NCBI GenBank assembly: GCA_963836075.1
Contig: CAWIIB010000009.1
Coordinates: 2,464,001-2,528,000 of the forward strand
Source of the DNA: an uncultured Acidobacteriota bacterium
Lineage (GTDB): Bacteria > Acidobacteriota > JAQAZP01
Length of the DNA: 64,000 bases
Direction of reading: 5' to 3'
The notes under the pieces: model-generated
What the model saw: only the letters and a program-made list of their open reading frames with translations
Told to the model about the DNA's origin: nothing
Databases searched by the model: none
Shown: positions 39,869-49,124 of the stretch, piece after piece
How the letters are laid out: each line of letters starts with the position of its first letter
Position numbering within the stretch: position 1 is the first letter of the stretch
Made by a program: the position numbers and the translations under genes

Positions 39869-41392
39869 ATGGCCGAACCGAGGAGCCGACGGAGACAACC
39901 AGCCCGGAATGTCGCCCTGCCGGTGATCGTGGTCATGCTCCTGCTGGTCTGCGTCCTCTTCGCCCTGCACCACGGGGCGGACCAGCGCCGCCGGATCAGC
40001 AGCGGGACGCCCAACGTGCTGCTGGTCTCCATCGATACGCTGCGGCCCGATCACCTGGGCTGCTACGGCTACCAGCGGGACACCTCGCCGGCCCTGGACC
40101 GGCTGGCGGACCAGGGCGTCCGTTTCAGCACCGTGGCTTCGGCCTCCTCCTGGACCCTGCCGGCCCACGCCTCGCTGGTCACCGGTCTCTATCCGGCGAG
40201 CCACGGTGCCTGGAGAATGGCCAACCCCATCGCCCCGGACGTGCCGACCCTGGCCCAGTTGCTGCGGCGGTCGGGGATGACCACCTGCGGAATGGTCAGC
40301 TTCCACCTGCTCTCCTCCGGCTACGGCTTTGGCCGGGGTTTTGACGAGTACCACGAACTGCACAAGGTGGACGGCGGCGGGCTGCGCCAGGTTCGGGCCG
40401 AGGAAGTGGCCAACCGGGCCATCCACTGGATCGGCGGCAACCGGGATAAACCTTTCTTCCTCTTCCTCCACTTCTTTGACCCGCACTGGGATTACGACCC
40501 CCCCCCGCCCTACGACCGGATCTACAACCCGGGGTACCGCGGTGAGATCACCGGCGCTTACGGGTCGCTGCTGGAGTACATCAAGTACCGGCCGGAGAAG
40601 CCGGGTGAGGGTGGCGGGGCCGCGGACCAACCGGTGGTGCCGGGGATGGAGCGGGAGGTGACCATCGCCCCGGAAGACCTGGAGCAGGTGCTGGCCCTCT
40701 ACGACGGGGAGATCCGCTACACCGACTACCACCTGGGGCGGGTGGTCGACGCCCTGCGTCTCTTCGGCCTGCTGGACAAGACCCTGGTGGTGATCACCGG
40801 CGACCACGGCGAGGAGTTCATGGAGCACGGCAGCCTCGAGGGGCACGCCTGGACGGTGTACGAAGAGGTGATCCGCGTGCCCCTGGTCATGCGCTTCCCT
40901 GACGGTCTGGGGGGCGGCCGGGTGGTGGATCACCAGGTGCGCAACATCGATATCATGCCCACCATCCTCGACTGGCTCCAGGTGAACGCCCGGCCGGTTC
41001 TGGAGGGACAGAGCCTGTTGCCGGCCATCCGCGAAACCTGCCGTGTGGACGGGGGGTGCGCAATGGAAGACGGTGTGGCCTTCGGCGAGACCCGGCGTTT
41101 CAAGCTGACCCGGTCCACGGCCCGTTCAAGCTCCGGCCGCAAGGTGATCTTCACCAACGGGGGGGCACAGGTGGAATACTTTGACCTCAACCGGGATCCG
41201 GGAGAGCAGGTCAACCTCCATGACGCCGCCGGCGCGCCGCCCGACGAGGAGTTTTCCCGGCTGGAACTGGCCCTGGGCCACTGGTTGGCCGGCCGGGATC
41301 CCACTGCGGACAGCACTTCGGGAGAAGTGGAGATCGACCAGCGGACCCGGGCCCAGCTCTCCGCCATGGGGTATGCCGTGGAGGATGAATAG
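39869..41392 (+). CDS. Membrane-anchored sulfatase-like (alkaline phosphatase superfamily) protein
   Basis: NVLLVSIDTLRPDHL, SWTLPAHASLVTG, DPHWDY, GDHGEEF, C-terminal LSAMGY. Confidence 0.85.
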   Translation: MAEPRSRRRQPARNVALPVIVVMLLLVCVLFALHHGADQRRRISSGTPNVLLVSIDTLRPDHLGCYGYQRDTSPALDRLADQGVRFSTVASASSWTLPAHASLVTGLYPASHGAWRMANPIAPDVPTLAQLLRRSGMTTCGMVSFHLLSSGYGFGRGFDEYHELHKVDGGGLRQVRAEEVANRAIHWIGGNRDKPFFLFLHFFDPHWDYDPPPPYDRIYNPGYRGEITGAYGSLLEYIKYRPEKPGEGGGAADQPVVPGMEREVTIAPEDLEQVLALYDGEIRYTDYHLGRVVDALRLFGLLDKTLVVITGDHGEEFMEHGSLEGHAWTVYEEVIRVPLVMRFPDGLGGGRVVDHQVRNIDIMPTILDWLQVNARPVLEGQSLLPAIRETCRVDGGCAMEDGVAFGETRRFKLTRSTARSSSGRKVIFTNGGAQVEYFDLNRDPGEQVNLHDAAGAPPDEEFSRLELALGHWLAGRDPTADSTSGEVEIDQRTRAQLSAMGYAVEDE

Positions 41393-41417
41393 CGCTGGCC
41401 GGGCACCGGTTCCGGGC

Positions 41418-41816
41418 TCAGGCCAGTGCCTTGAGCGCCTTCTTGTTGTCCTCGGTGTTGAGCACGATCATCCCCCGGGTCTTGGAGGTGGAGGTGGCGT
41501 AGGCGTAGTCGATGCTCACCCCGGCGAAATCGAGCTTCCCGGCCACCTTCTCGAAGATGCCGGGCTTGTTGGGGCAGTCCACCAGGATCACGTCCCGGCT
41601 GTCCACATCGAACCCCGCCTTCTTCAACACCTGTTTCGCCCTGGTGTTGTCGTCGGTGATGAAGGTGAGTACGACCTTGCGGCCCAGGGTGTAGCCGTGG
41701 AAGGCCACCACATTGACCTGCTTCTGGAACAGCGCCTGGAATACCTTGTGACCCACGCCTGTTTTATTTCCCGTGATGACGATCAGTTCCCTTGTCCTGC
41801 TAGCCGTGAAGACCAT
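41418..41816 (-). CDS. Tandem ACT-domain protein
   Basis: AGGAGG RBS, NKTGVG and NKPGIF...SIDYAYAT ACT motifs. Confidence 0.8.
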   Translation of the reverse strand: MVFTASRTRELIVITGNKTGVGHKVFQALFQKQVNVVAFHGYTLGRKVVLTFITDDNTRAKQVLKKAGFDVDSRDVILVDCPNKPGIFEKVAGKLDFAGVSIDYAYATSTSKTRGMIVLNTEDNKKALKALA

Positions 41817-41928
41817 GGCCCCCTCCTGTCTGACATTCCGTATATTTGAAGTTCCGATAATCTGCTGACACATCGATAAAACATGGTACATGCAGCACCC
41901 TGTCACGGCAAGGAAAATGGAGGGGTGG

Positions 41929-42020
41929 GGGGATCAGGGACGTACATGAATATATGAATTTTCTGTCCGCCGTAAGTTGTCCTGGAAAAATTCATAAATT
42001 CATGTACGTCCCTGATCCCC
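41929..42020. repeat. Long inverted repeat (REP/MITE-like)
   Basis: GGGGATCAGGGACGTACATGAATATATGAATTTT and its reverse complement: about 34-bp arms, one mismatch, about 21-nt loop. Confidence 0.85.
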
Positions 42021-42168
42021 ATTTCCACCGCCATCATTGACTTCTCACCGCCCGCCGTCTATATTTCGCCCTTCGACGTTGGGGACGCACGGTACGGAAA
42101 CACCGGCGTTCCGGGCCGTCCCGGGCGGTCCTGATTGCCGGTCAGCAATACGAGCAAAGGGAGCACAG

Positions 42169-43482
42169 ATGGAGCAGTGCATCGGGATCCGTCGCGAGGA
42201 CAAGAACGAGTGGGAGCGGCGGGTGCCGCTGGTGCCCGCTGATCTGAAAAAGCTGGTGGAGGAGAACGGCATCCGTTTCCGGGTTCAGCCCTCGCCCATC
42301 AGGGCGTTTGCCGACGCGGAATTTGCCGCTGCGGGCGTCGAGGTCGAGGAGGATCTCTCCTCCTGCCCGGTGGTGATCGCGGTGAAGGAGATTCCCACCA
42401 GGCTGCTCCTGGAAAACAGGACCTACATCTACTTCTCCCACACCATCAAGGGCCAGGACTACAACATGGCCATGCTCCGCCGGCTGATGGAGTTGAAGTG
42501 CAACCTCATCGACTACGAGCGGATCATCGACGACCAGGGCCGCCGGCTGATCTTTTTCGGCCGTTTTGCCGGGGTGGCCGGGATGGTCGAGACTCTGGCC
42601 GCCTTTGGCCGGCGGCTGCGCTGGGAGGGGACGCCCAACGTTTTCGAGGCGGTGCAGCAGCCCTACCGCTACGGTTCGCTGGATGAAGCAAAAGAAGCGG
42701 TGAGCAGGGTGGGCGAGGTGATCGCCCGGGATGGCCTGCCCCCCCAGCTCTGCCCGCTGGTCTGCGGCTTCACCGGCTACGGCAATGTCTCGAAGGGCGC
42801 CCAGGAGATCTACGACCTGCTGCCGGTGCGCTCCATCACCCCGGCCCAGCTGCTGGCGGGGGAGTGGGAGGGGCGGGATGACCCCCGCACCCTGTGGAAG
42901 GTGGAGTTCCATGAGCAGGACATGGCCCGGCCCGCGGATGAGTCCGCCGGGTTCGTGCTCCAGGAATATTACGACCACCCCGAACGGTACGTCTCGGCCT
43001 TTGGCCAGTACCTGCCGCTGATGACCCTGATGGTCAACTGCATTTACTGGACCGAGGACTACCCGCGACTGGCCACCCGGCAGCAGCTGCTGGATCTCTA
43101 CGGTGGCGGCACAGCGCCGAAGCTGCGGGTGATCGGCGACATCTCCTGCGACATCGACGGCGCCACCGAGTGCACGGTGAAGGCCACCGAGCCGGGGAAT
43201 CCGGTCTACGTCTACGACCCGGCCAGCGGCAAGGCCATTGACGGCGTGGAGGGCAACGGCCCGGTGGTGATGCCGGTGGACAACCTGCCCTGCGAGCTGC
43301 CGCTCAACTCCTCCGAGGAGTTCAGCGAGGCGCTGCACCGTTTTGTTCCCGGGATCGCCGCCGCCGATTTCAGCGGCCCCCTGGAAGCCTGTGACCTTCC
43401 GGCGCCGGTGAAGCGGGCCCTGATCCTCTACCAGGGGGAACTGACCCCGGGCTACGAGCATATGAAGGACTTTCTTAAATAG
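42169..43482 (+). CDS. Lysine-ketoglutarate reductase (LKR domain of AASS-like enzyme)
   Basis: IGIRREDKNEWERRVPL, FSHTIKGQ, IDYE, FGRFAGVAG, GNVSKGAQEI, DISCD, VDNLPCELP. Confidence 0.88.
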   Translation: MEQCIGIRREDKNEWERRVPLVPADLKKLVEENGIRFRVQPSPIRAFADAEFAAAGVEVEEDLSSCPVVIAVKEIPTRLLLENRTYIYFSHTIKGQDYNMAMLRRLMELKCNLIDYERIIDDQGRRLIFFGRFAGVAGMVETLAAFGRRLRWEGTPNVFEAVQQPYRYGSLDEAKEAVSRVGEVIARDGLPPQLCPLVCGFTGYGNVSKGAQEIYDLLPVRSITPAQLLAGEWEGRDDPRTLWKVEFHEQDMARPADESAGFVLQEYYDHPERYVSAFGQYLPLMTLMVNCIYWTEDYPRLATRQQLLDLYGGGTAPKLRVIGDISCDIDGATECTVKATEPGNPVYVYDPASGKAIDGVEGNGPVVMPVDNLPCELPLNSSEEFSEALHRFVPGIAAADFSGPLEACDLPAPVKRALILYQGELTPGYEHMKDFLK

Positions 43483-43525
43483 ACCGTCGACCTGTTTGAT
43501 GAACCACATTCCGGAGGACCTGCAA

Positions 43526-44845
43526 GTGAAGAAGATTCTCGTTCTCGGCGCCGGCCTGGTGGCCAAGCCGCTCGTCCGCTACTTGCTCGACATGGAGGAC
43601 ACCGAGGTGACCGTGGCCTCCCGCACGGTGAGCAAGGCGGTGGACCTGATCGACAACCACACCCGCGGCAAGGCGTTGCCCCTGCTGGTGGACAACACCG
43701 AAGAACTGGAAAAACTGGTGGCCGGGTCGGACCTGACGATCAGCCTCGTGCCCTACGCCTACCACGTGTCAGTGGCCAAACTCTGTCTCAAGCACGGCCT
43801 GCCGCTGGTCACCACCTCCTACGTCAGCGACGAGATGAACGCTCTCGACGGCGAAGCGAAGGAGAAGGGTCTGCTGCTGCTCAACGAGTGCGGTCTCGAC
43901 CCGGGCATCGACCACATGTCGGCGATGAAGATCATCCACGAGGTGGAAGCCAAGGGCGGCAAAGTAACGAGCTTCCGCTCCTGCTGCGGCGGCCTGCCCG
44001 CCCCCGAGGCCAACGACAACCCGCTGGGCTACAAGTTCTCCTGGAGCCCCCGCGGCGTGCTGCTGGCCGGCCGCAACGCGGCCAAGTGGCTCGAGGATGG
44101 CGAGGTCAAGGCGGTTCCCGGCCCCGAACTGTTCACCGCCAACTGGCCGGTGACCGTGGACGGCATGGACCTCGAGTTCTACCCCAACCGCGACTGCCTG
44201 GGCTACGTGGAGATCTACGGCCTCAAGGATTCGAAGACAGTCTTCCGCGGCACCTTCCGCAATCTCGGCTGGTGCCGCGCGCTGAAGCGGGTGGTGGACC
44301 TGGGCCTGCTGGACGAGACCGCCCGTGACGACCTGGCCGGCATCAGCTTCAAGACCATGACCGCCAGACTGCTCGGCGTGGACCCCGCCGGCGACGTCAA
44401 GGCCGCCTTCATCGAGAAACTGGGCCTGGCCGGCGAGCCGGACACGGTGGAGCGGCTGGAGTGGCTGGGCCTGCTCTCCGACGACACCGTGCCCGAGGCC
44501 TCCTCCGTGCTGGAAGTGCTGGAGAAGCGGATGCTCGACCTGATGTCCTACGCCGAGGGTGAGCGGGACATGATCGTGCTGCACCACGACTTCGTGGCCC
44601 AGTACCCCGACGGGAAGAAGGAGCACATCACCTCCACCCTGGTGGATTTCGGCATCCCGGGTGGCGACTCCTCCATGTCGCGCACGGTGAGCCTGCCGGC
44701 GGCCATGGCCACCAAGCTGATCCTCGAAGGCAAGATCACCGACACCGGCGTCAAGATCCCGGTGGACAAGGGGATCTACGAGCCGGTGCTCGAGGAACTG
44801 AAGACGGTGGACATCGAATTCACTGAAAAGTCGGAAGCGGTCTGA
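43526..44845 (+). CDS. Saccharopine dehydrogenase (glutamate-forming)
   Basis: ILVLGAGLVA, TTSYVS, NECGLDPGIDHM, CGGLPAPE..DNPLGYKFSWSPRG, YPNRD. Confidence 0.92.
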   Translation: MKKILVLGAGLVAKPLVRYLLDMEDTEVTVASRTVSKAVDLIDNHTRGKALPLLVDNTEELEKLVAGSDLTISLVPYAYHVSVAKLCLKHGLPLVTTSYVSDEMNALDGEAKEKGLLLLNECGLDPGIDHMSAMKIIHEVEAKGGKVTSFRSCCGGLPAPEANDNPLGYKFSWSPRGVLLAGRNAAKWLEDGEVKAVPGPELFTANWPVTVDGMDLEFYPNRDCLGYVEIYGLKDSKTVFRGTFRNLGWCRALKRVVDLGLLDETARDDLAGISFKTMTARLLGVDPAGDVKAAFIEKLGLAGEPDTVERLEWLGLLSDDTVPEASSVLEVLEKRMLDLMSYAEGERDMIVLHHDFVAQYPDGKKEHITSTLVDFGIPGGDSSMSRTVSLPAAMATKLILEGKITDTGVKIPVDKGIYEPVLEELKTVDIEFTEKSEAV

Positions 44846-44871
44846 CCCTTCGACTGAACAATGATGCAATG

Positions 44872-44913
44872 CAAAACGCCGGGTGGGGATTATTCTCTGC
44901 CCGGCGCTTTTTG
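44872..44913 (+). terminator. Rho-independent terminator
   Basis: CGCCGGG...CCCGGCG stem followed by CTTTTTGT. Confidence 0.7.
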
Positions 44914-44951
44914 TCTGCGGGCACGTAAGGCTTGCCGATAAGGACGGATCG

Positions 44952-44980
44952 TTGACAGCCCGAGGTTCGGCGGATATCAT
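44952..44980 (+). promoter_or_regulatory. Sigma70 promoter
   Basis: TTGACA-N17-TATCAT upstream of 45038. Confidence 0.65.
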
Positions 44981-45037
44981 TACGGCCTATCTTGTTCATA
45001 ACATAAGATATTACCTATAGACAAAGGGGAGAGTCCC

Positions 45038-46777
45038 ATGGCTGACGAGATGGCGGAAGGCGGCCAGGCCACACAGACGTCCAGGTGGAAGGAACTCTGG
45101 ACCACCGAAGACTACTGGGCCATCTGGCTCGGTGTCCTCGTGGTGCTGGCGGGGCTGCTCATCTTTCTGCCGCGGCCGCCGGATGGCATGCAGTCCACAA
45201 TCGATGAGTCGAACGTGGTGCTGGCCCGGGAGGATGCGGCGGCGCCGTTCCGCACCATCGCCTGGTTCGAAGCCAGCGATGCCAAGGCTGGAGTAAAAGG
45301 GACCAGCCAGGGCTTTGCCAAAGCCATCGCCAACTTCCTGGCCAAGCCCCACGGCTGGAAGAGCAACCCGCTGGAGTCGTTGGTGATGAGCGAAGCCCGG
45401 GCCGCGGAGAAGAAGGCTGCTGCTTGGACAAACTACGACTCAGCGAAAGAGAAGACCCTTGCTGCGCTGGCCGGTGCTCGCACGGCGGAGAACCGGGCCC
45501 GGGCCGCCGGTTTCGGGGACGATGCCCTGAACGAGGAGGCCAGAACGGCCATCAATGGCTGGCGCAACGAGAGATACTTCGAATCCACCGCAAAAAAGAA
45601 GACCAGTGCCTCGTCCTACAACCTGTTGCCCGGCCTCATCGGCCTCTGTGTCATTTTTGCTCTCTTCTTCGGTCTCCCGCTGCGCTTCCTGGGCATCCCG
45701 CCGCTGAAGTTCATGGCCGGGTTCCTCTTTGTCTTCGCCTTTGCCGTGCTGGCTTACATCCTGGCCGGTCAATCGACGATGAAGGAATACGGCGTCGGCT
45801 ACGCCGCCTGGGCCATCCTTTTCGGCATGATCATCTCCAACACCGTGGGCACACCGAAGTGGGTGTTGCCGGCGGTGCAGACCGAATACTTCATCAAGGC
45901 CGGGCTGGTGATCCTCGGCGCCGAGATCCTCTTCGGCAAGATCCTGATCATCGGCCTCCCCGGCATTTTCGTCGCCTGGCTGGTCACCCCGGTGGTGCTG
46001 GTCACCGGGTTCATCGTCGGCGACAAGATCATTAAAATCCCCTCCAAGACGCTGAATGTCACCATCGCCGCCGCGGCCTCGGTCTGCGGCGTCTCCGCGG
46101 CCATCGCCACCGCCGCGGCCTGCAAGGCCAAGAAAGAGGAACTGACGCTGGCCGTGGGGCTCTCGCTGATCTTCACCGTGCTGATGATGATCTTCATGCC
46201 CCTGTTCATCAGCGCGGTGGGCATGGACGAGATTCTCGGGGGCGCCTGGATGGGCGGGACCATCGACGCCACCGGGGCGGTGGCCGCGGCCGGGGCCTTC
46301 CTCGGCGACAAGGCGCTCTATGTCGCGGCTACGATCAAGATGATCCAGAACGTGATGATCGGCGCCATCGCTTTCTTCGTCGCCCTCTACTGGGTGGCCC
46401 GGGTGGAGCGGAAGGGCGAGAGCCGGGTGGGGCTGATGGAGATCTGGGTCCGCTTCCCCAAGTTCGTCCTCGGCTTCATCGGCGTGTCCGTGGTCTGCTC
46501 CGTGGTGCAGGCCGTCCTCGGTGACGATGTGGGCTACACCCTGCTCGACCAGGGTGTGATCCGGGGTTTTACCAGGATCATCCGCGGCTGGTTCTTCTGC
46601 CTCGCCTTTGTCAGCATCGGCCTGGCCACCAACTTCCGCGAGCTGGCCAGCCACTTCAAGGGCGGAAAGCCGTTCATCCACTACGTCTTTACCCAGGGCT
46701 TCAACGTGGTTTTCACCCTCTTCATCGCCTGGATCATGTTCAATGTGATTTTTCCGGAGATCGCGGCGAGGATCTGA
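45038..46777 (+). CDS. YeiH / putative sulfate exporter family membrane protein
   Basis: EDYWAIWLG, EYFIKAGLVILGA, SVCGVSAAIA, GGTIDATGAV, RFPKFVLGF. Confidence 0.88.
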   Translation: MADEMAEGGQATQTSRWKELWTTEDYWAIWLGVLVVLAGLLIFLPRPPDGMQSTIDESNVVLAREDAAAPFRTIAWFEASDAKAGVKGTSQGFAKAIANFLAKPHGWKSNPLESLVMSEARAAEKKAAAWTNYDSAKEKTLAALAGARTAENRARAAGFGDDALNEEARTAINGWRNERYFESTAKKKTSASSYNLLPGLIGLCVIFALFFGLPLRFLGIPPLKFMAGFLFVFAFAVLAYILAGQSTMKEYGVGYAAWAILFGMIISNTVGTPKWVLPAVQTEYFIKAGLVILGAEILFGKILIIGLPGIFVAWLVTPVVLVTGFIVGDKIIKIPSKTLNVTIAAAASVCGVSAAIATAAACKAKKEELTLAVGLSLIFTVLMMIFMPLFISAVGMDEILGGAWMGGTIDATGAVAAAGAFLGDKALYVAATIKMIQNVMIGAIAFFVALYWVARVERKGESRVGLMEIWVRFPKFVLGFIGVSVVCSVVQAVLGDDVGYTLLDQGVIRGFTRIIRGWFFCLAFVSIGLATNFRELASHFKGGKPFIHYVFTQGFNVVFTLFIAWIMFNVIFPEIAARI

Positions 46778-47046
46778 TGAGTCACCGGCAGGACACAAAC
46801 AGCGCAGATCCCCGGCTGCTCCGCCGCTGGGGATTGCTGCTGGCCTGGATCTTCGGCATCTGGTGCTTCGTCTTTCTGCTGGCCCCGCTGGCCCGCCACT
46901 TCCAGCCGGTGCGCATGCTCACCGACTTCATCCGCACCAACGACATCGACGCCACGGCGTACTACTACACCGAGATAGAGGAGTTCGCCGTAGCCGAGCA
47001 CGCCGTTCGCGACACCATGGAACACGCCCACACCCGGCAGCCCTGA
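46777..47046 (+). CDS. Small single-TM hypothetical protein coupled to the transporter
   Basis: TGATG stop/start overlap, TM helix, IDATAYYYTE motif. Confidence 0.65.
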   Translation: MSHRQDTNSADPRLLRRWGLLLAWIFGIWCFVFLLAPLARHFQPVRMLTDFIRTNDIDATAYYYTEIEEFAVAEHAVRDTMEHAHTRQP

Positions 47047-47065
47047 TGAACTGGTGAGCTCTGCT

Positions 47066-48244
47066 TCAGCGGTCCAGCCGCCGGGCCACTTCAGGAGCGA
47101 GAATTTCGGCCAGTGCCCCGTGTCCGCCCGTATCGGGGTGCAGGGAGTCGAAGGAAAGTTCGCTCAGCTGGCCATCCAGCCCGGGCTGGAGGTCGATCAC
47201 TGCCAGGCCGGAGTTTCGCGCTTCGGCGGCCACGAAGCGGTGCACGTCGGCAAAGGGGTAGGGCTGCTCGTCGACAAAGATCGGCAGAATGGCCAGCAGT
47301 ACCGGGATGTCATTGGCCCGGGAGACGGCGCCCAGCCTGATGAGGGCGGCCCGCACCGCGGCCCAGCTCTGCCGGTTGCGGTGGGCAGCGGTGACCCAGC
47401 CCCAGGTCTCGCCGGCGGCCAGACCCTCCTGCGGTTCCGCCGGCGGGGGAGCGCTGCGCAGCCCGGCGCCCTGGCCCGCCTCGGACAGCACGTCTTCCAC
47501 CTGCTCCCGGCGGGCTCCCCGCACCACCTGTTCCAGGTGGCTGCGGGACTCCTTCAGCGCCAGCAGCTTCTCGATGCGGTAGGACAGCCAGCCGAGGAAC
47601 TTCGAGCGGCCCAGCCAGTAGCCGGTGCGGTAGCCGCCAAAACGGAAGAGGCGGCCCCGGGCTTCCTGTCTGAAGAAATAGCCCAGCTCGCCGGAGAAGT
47701 CCACCGGGTCGTTGAGGTTGTAGCAGACCACCACCAGGTCGGGATCGAAGCCCAGCCCCCTGGTCTCCAGCAGGGCCGCCTCCTGCAGCGGGCTGTAGCC
47801 GCTGACCCCCAGGTTGAGGCACTCCACGTCCGGGCCCAGCCGCTGTTCCACCTGCTTGACCAGGGTTTGCTCCAGGTCCACTTCCAGGCCAAAGGTCACC
47901 GAGTCGCCCAGAAAGATCACCCGGCTGGTACCCGGGGCTTTTTCCGCGGTGAGATCATCCCGGTCACGCAAACCCAGGGCGTTGATGCTGTAGGTCACGG
48001 TCTGTTCCCCATCCCAGACCCGGGGGCGGCTGGAACAGGCGCCGGGCCGCGGTTCGTAGACCAGCACCGGGTCGGGGGATCGGCGGTGGATGGACCAGAC
48101 GGCATCGTCCTGCCCCTGAAACGGGATGCGGGGGTCGATGAGACGGGTCACCAACTCGGCAGCGAGGAAGATGATAAGCAGGGAGGCGAGCAGCAGGAGC
48201 AGGTTCCTGGCTGCCATTGACGCTCTGAAGGCCTTGCTGGCCAT
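47066..48244 (-). CDS. Membrane-anchored SGNH/GDSL hydrolase
   Basis: GDSVTFG, NLGVSGY, ND, DSLHP. Confidence 0.85.
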   Translation of the reverse strand: MASKAFRASMAARNLLLLLASLLIIFLAAELVTRLIDPRIPFQGQDDAVWSIHRRSPDPVLVYEPRPGACSSRPRVWDGEQTVTYSINALGLRDRDDLTAEKAPGTSRVIFLGDSVTFGLEVDLEQTLVKQVEQRLGPDVECLNLGVSGYSPLQEAALLETRGLGFDPDLVVVCYNLNDPVDFSGELGYFFRQEARGRLFRFGGYRTGYWLGRSKFLGWLSYRIEKLLALKESRSHLEQVVRGARREQVEDVLSEAGQGAGLRSAPPPAEPQEGLAAGETWGWVTAAHRNRQSWAAVRAALIRLGAVSRANDIPVLLAILPIFVDEQPYPFADVHRFVAAEARNSGLAVIDLQPGLDGQLSELSFDSLHPDTGGHGALAEILAPEVARRLDR

Positions 48245-48273
48245 GATCGCCTCGATAGCCCGTCAGGCGGGGG

Positions 48274-48361
48274 TGGTGCCGGAGGCCGGGATCGAACCGG
48301 CACAAGGCTTAGCCTCGAGGGATTTTAAGTCCCTTGCGTCTACCAATTCCGCCACTCCGGC
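48274..48361 (-). tRNA. tRNA-Leu(TAA)
   Basis: GCCGGAGTGGCGGAATTGGTAGACGC...CT-TAA-AA...TTCGAT...CCA with a long variable arm. Confidence 0.95.
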
Positions 48362-48488
48362 ATGTCACGTGCCACCCCTCGGGATGAGGAGGCTGCCATG
48401 GCTCTCCACAGATGTTTCCCATGTGCCGGGGGTGGTTCGGGGAGAGCCTTTTCGCCACTCCCGCATTGGTCGTCGTCAGAGAGGAGAA

Positions 48489-48564
48489 TGGAGGCGGCGA
48501 TCGGAGTCGAACCGATGAATGGAGGTTTTGCAGACCTCTGCCTTAGCCACTTGGCTACGCCGCC
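48489..48564 (-). tRNA. tRNA-Cys(GCA)
   Basis: GGCGGCGTAGCCAAGTGG...CT-GCA-AA...TTCGAC...TCCA. Confidence 0.95.
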
Positions 48565-48603
48565 CTGGATTTTTTCGGCCGGCGGGGCCGGCCGCGAAGT
48601 GAG

Positions 48604-48633
48604 ACTATATGAGAAATTCGGCGATCGTGTCAA
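48604..48633 (-). promoter_or_regulatory. Sigma70 promoter for tRNA-Cys/Leu
   Basis: TTGACA-N18-TATAGT. Confidence 0.6.
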
Positions 48634-48960
48634 CCGGATCGGCCCCCGTACAAAAGGAGGCGGGGAGGCGGTGTCACCGGCCATATTGGCCGGGTGGGTC
48701 TTGGAGGTGGGGCCACCGGCCTCCCCGCGGGTTTCTCAATAGTAAATATAGGTCGGGGAGCACTAATCGGCAAGCAAAATCTGTAATTTATCGGTGGTAT
48801 CGGGAGAAAATCGTCGTCCGTACAGACGAGGGTAACGGTTCGTCTTTAATACATCCAGGTGTAAAAGTGGAGGTTGCTCGGATCCGTCACCCTCGAGTTC
48901 ATCATTCAATATAGGGCCAAATATTGCGGAAGGCAAGTTGTTTCACGGCTGTACATTGGA

Positions 48961-48995
48961 GAAGCCCCCCGAAACATGTCGTCTCGGGGGGCTTC
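48961..48995 (-). terminator. Hairpin downstream of tRNA-Gly
   Basis: GAAGCCCCCCGA...TCGGGGGGCTTC stem. Confidence 0.65.
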
Positions 48996-48998
48996 ATT

Positions 48999-49073
48999 TG
49001 GAGCGGGAAACGGGATTTGAACCCGCGACTTCGACCTTGGCAAGGTCGCACTCTACCACTGAGTTATTCCCGC
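48999..49073 (-). tRNA. tRNA-Gly(GCC)
   Basis: GCGGGAATAACTCAGTGGTAGAGT...TT-GCC-AA...TTCAAAT...TCCA. Confidence 0.95.
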
Positions 49074-49095
49074 TCTGGCGGAGCAACGAAGCAAA

Positions 49096-49124
49096 AGGAT
49101 AGAGAAACAGCCTTCTTTTGTCAA
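49096..49124 (-). promoter_or_regulatory. Sigma70 promoter for tRNA-Gly
   Basis: TTGACA-N17-TATCCT. Confidence 0.65.
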
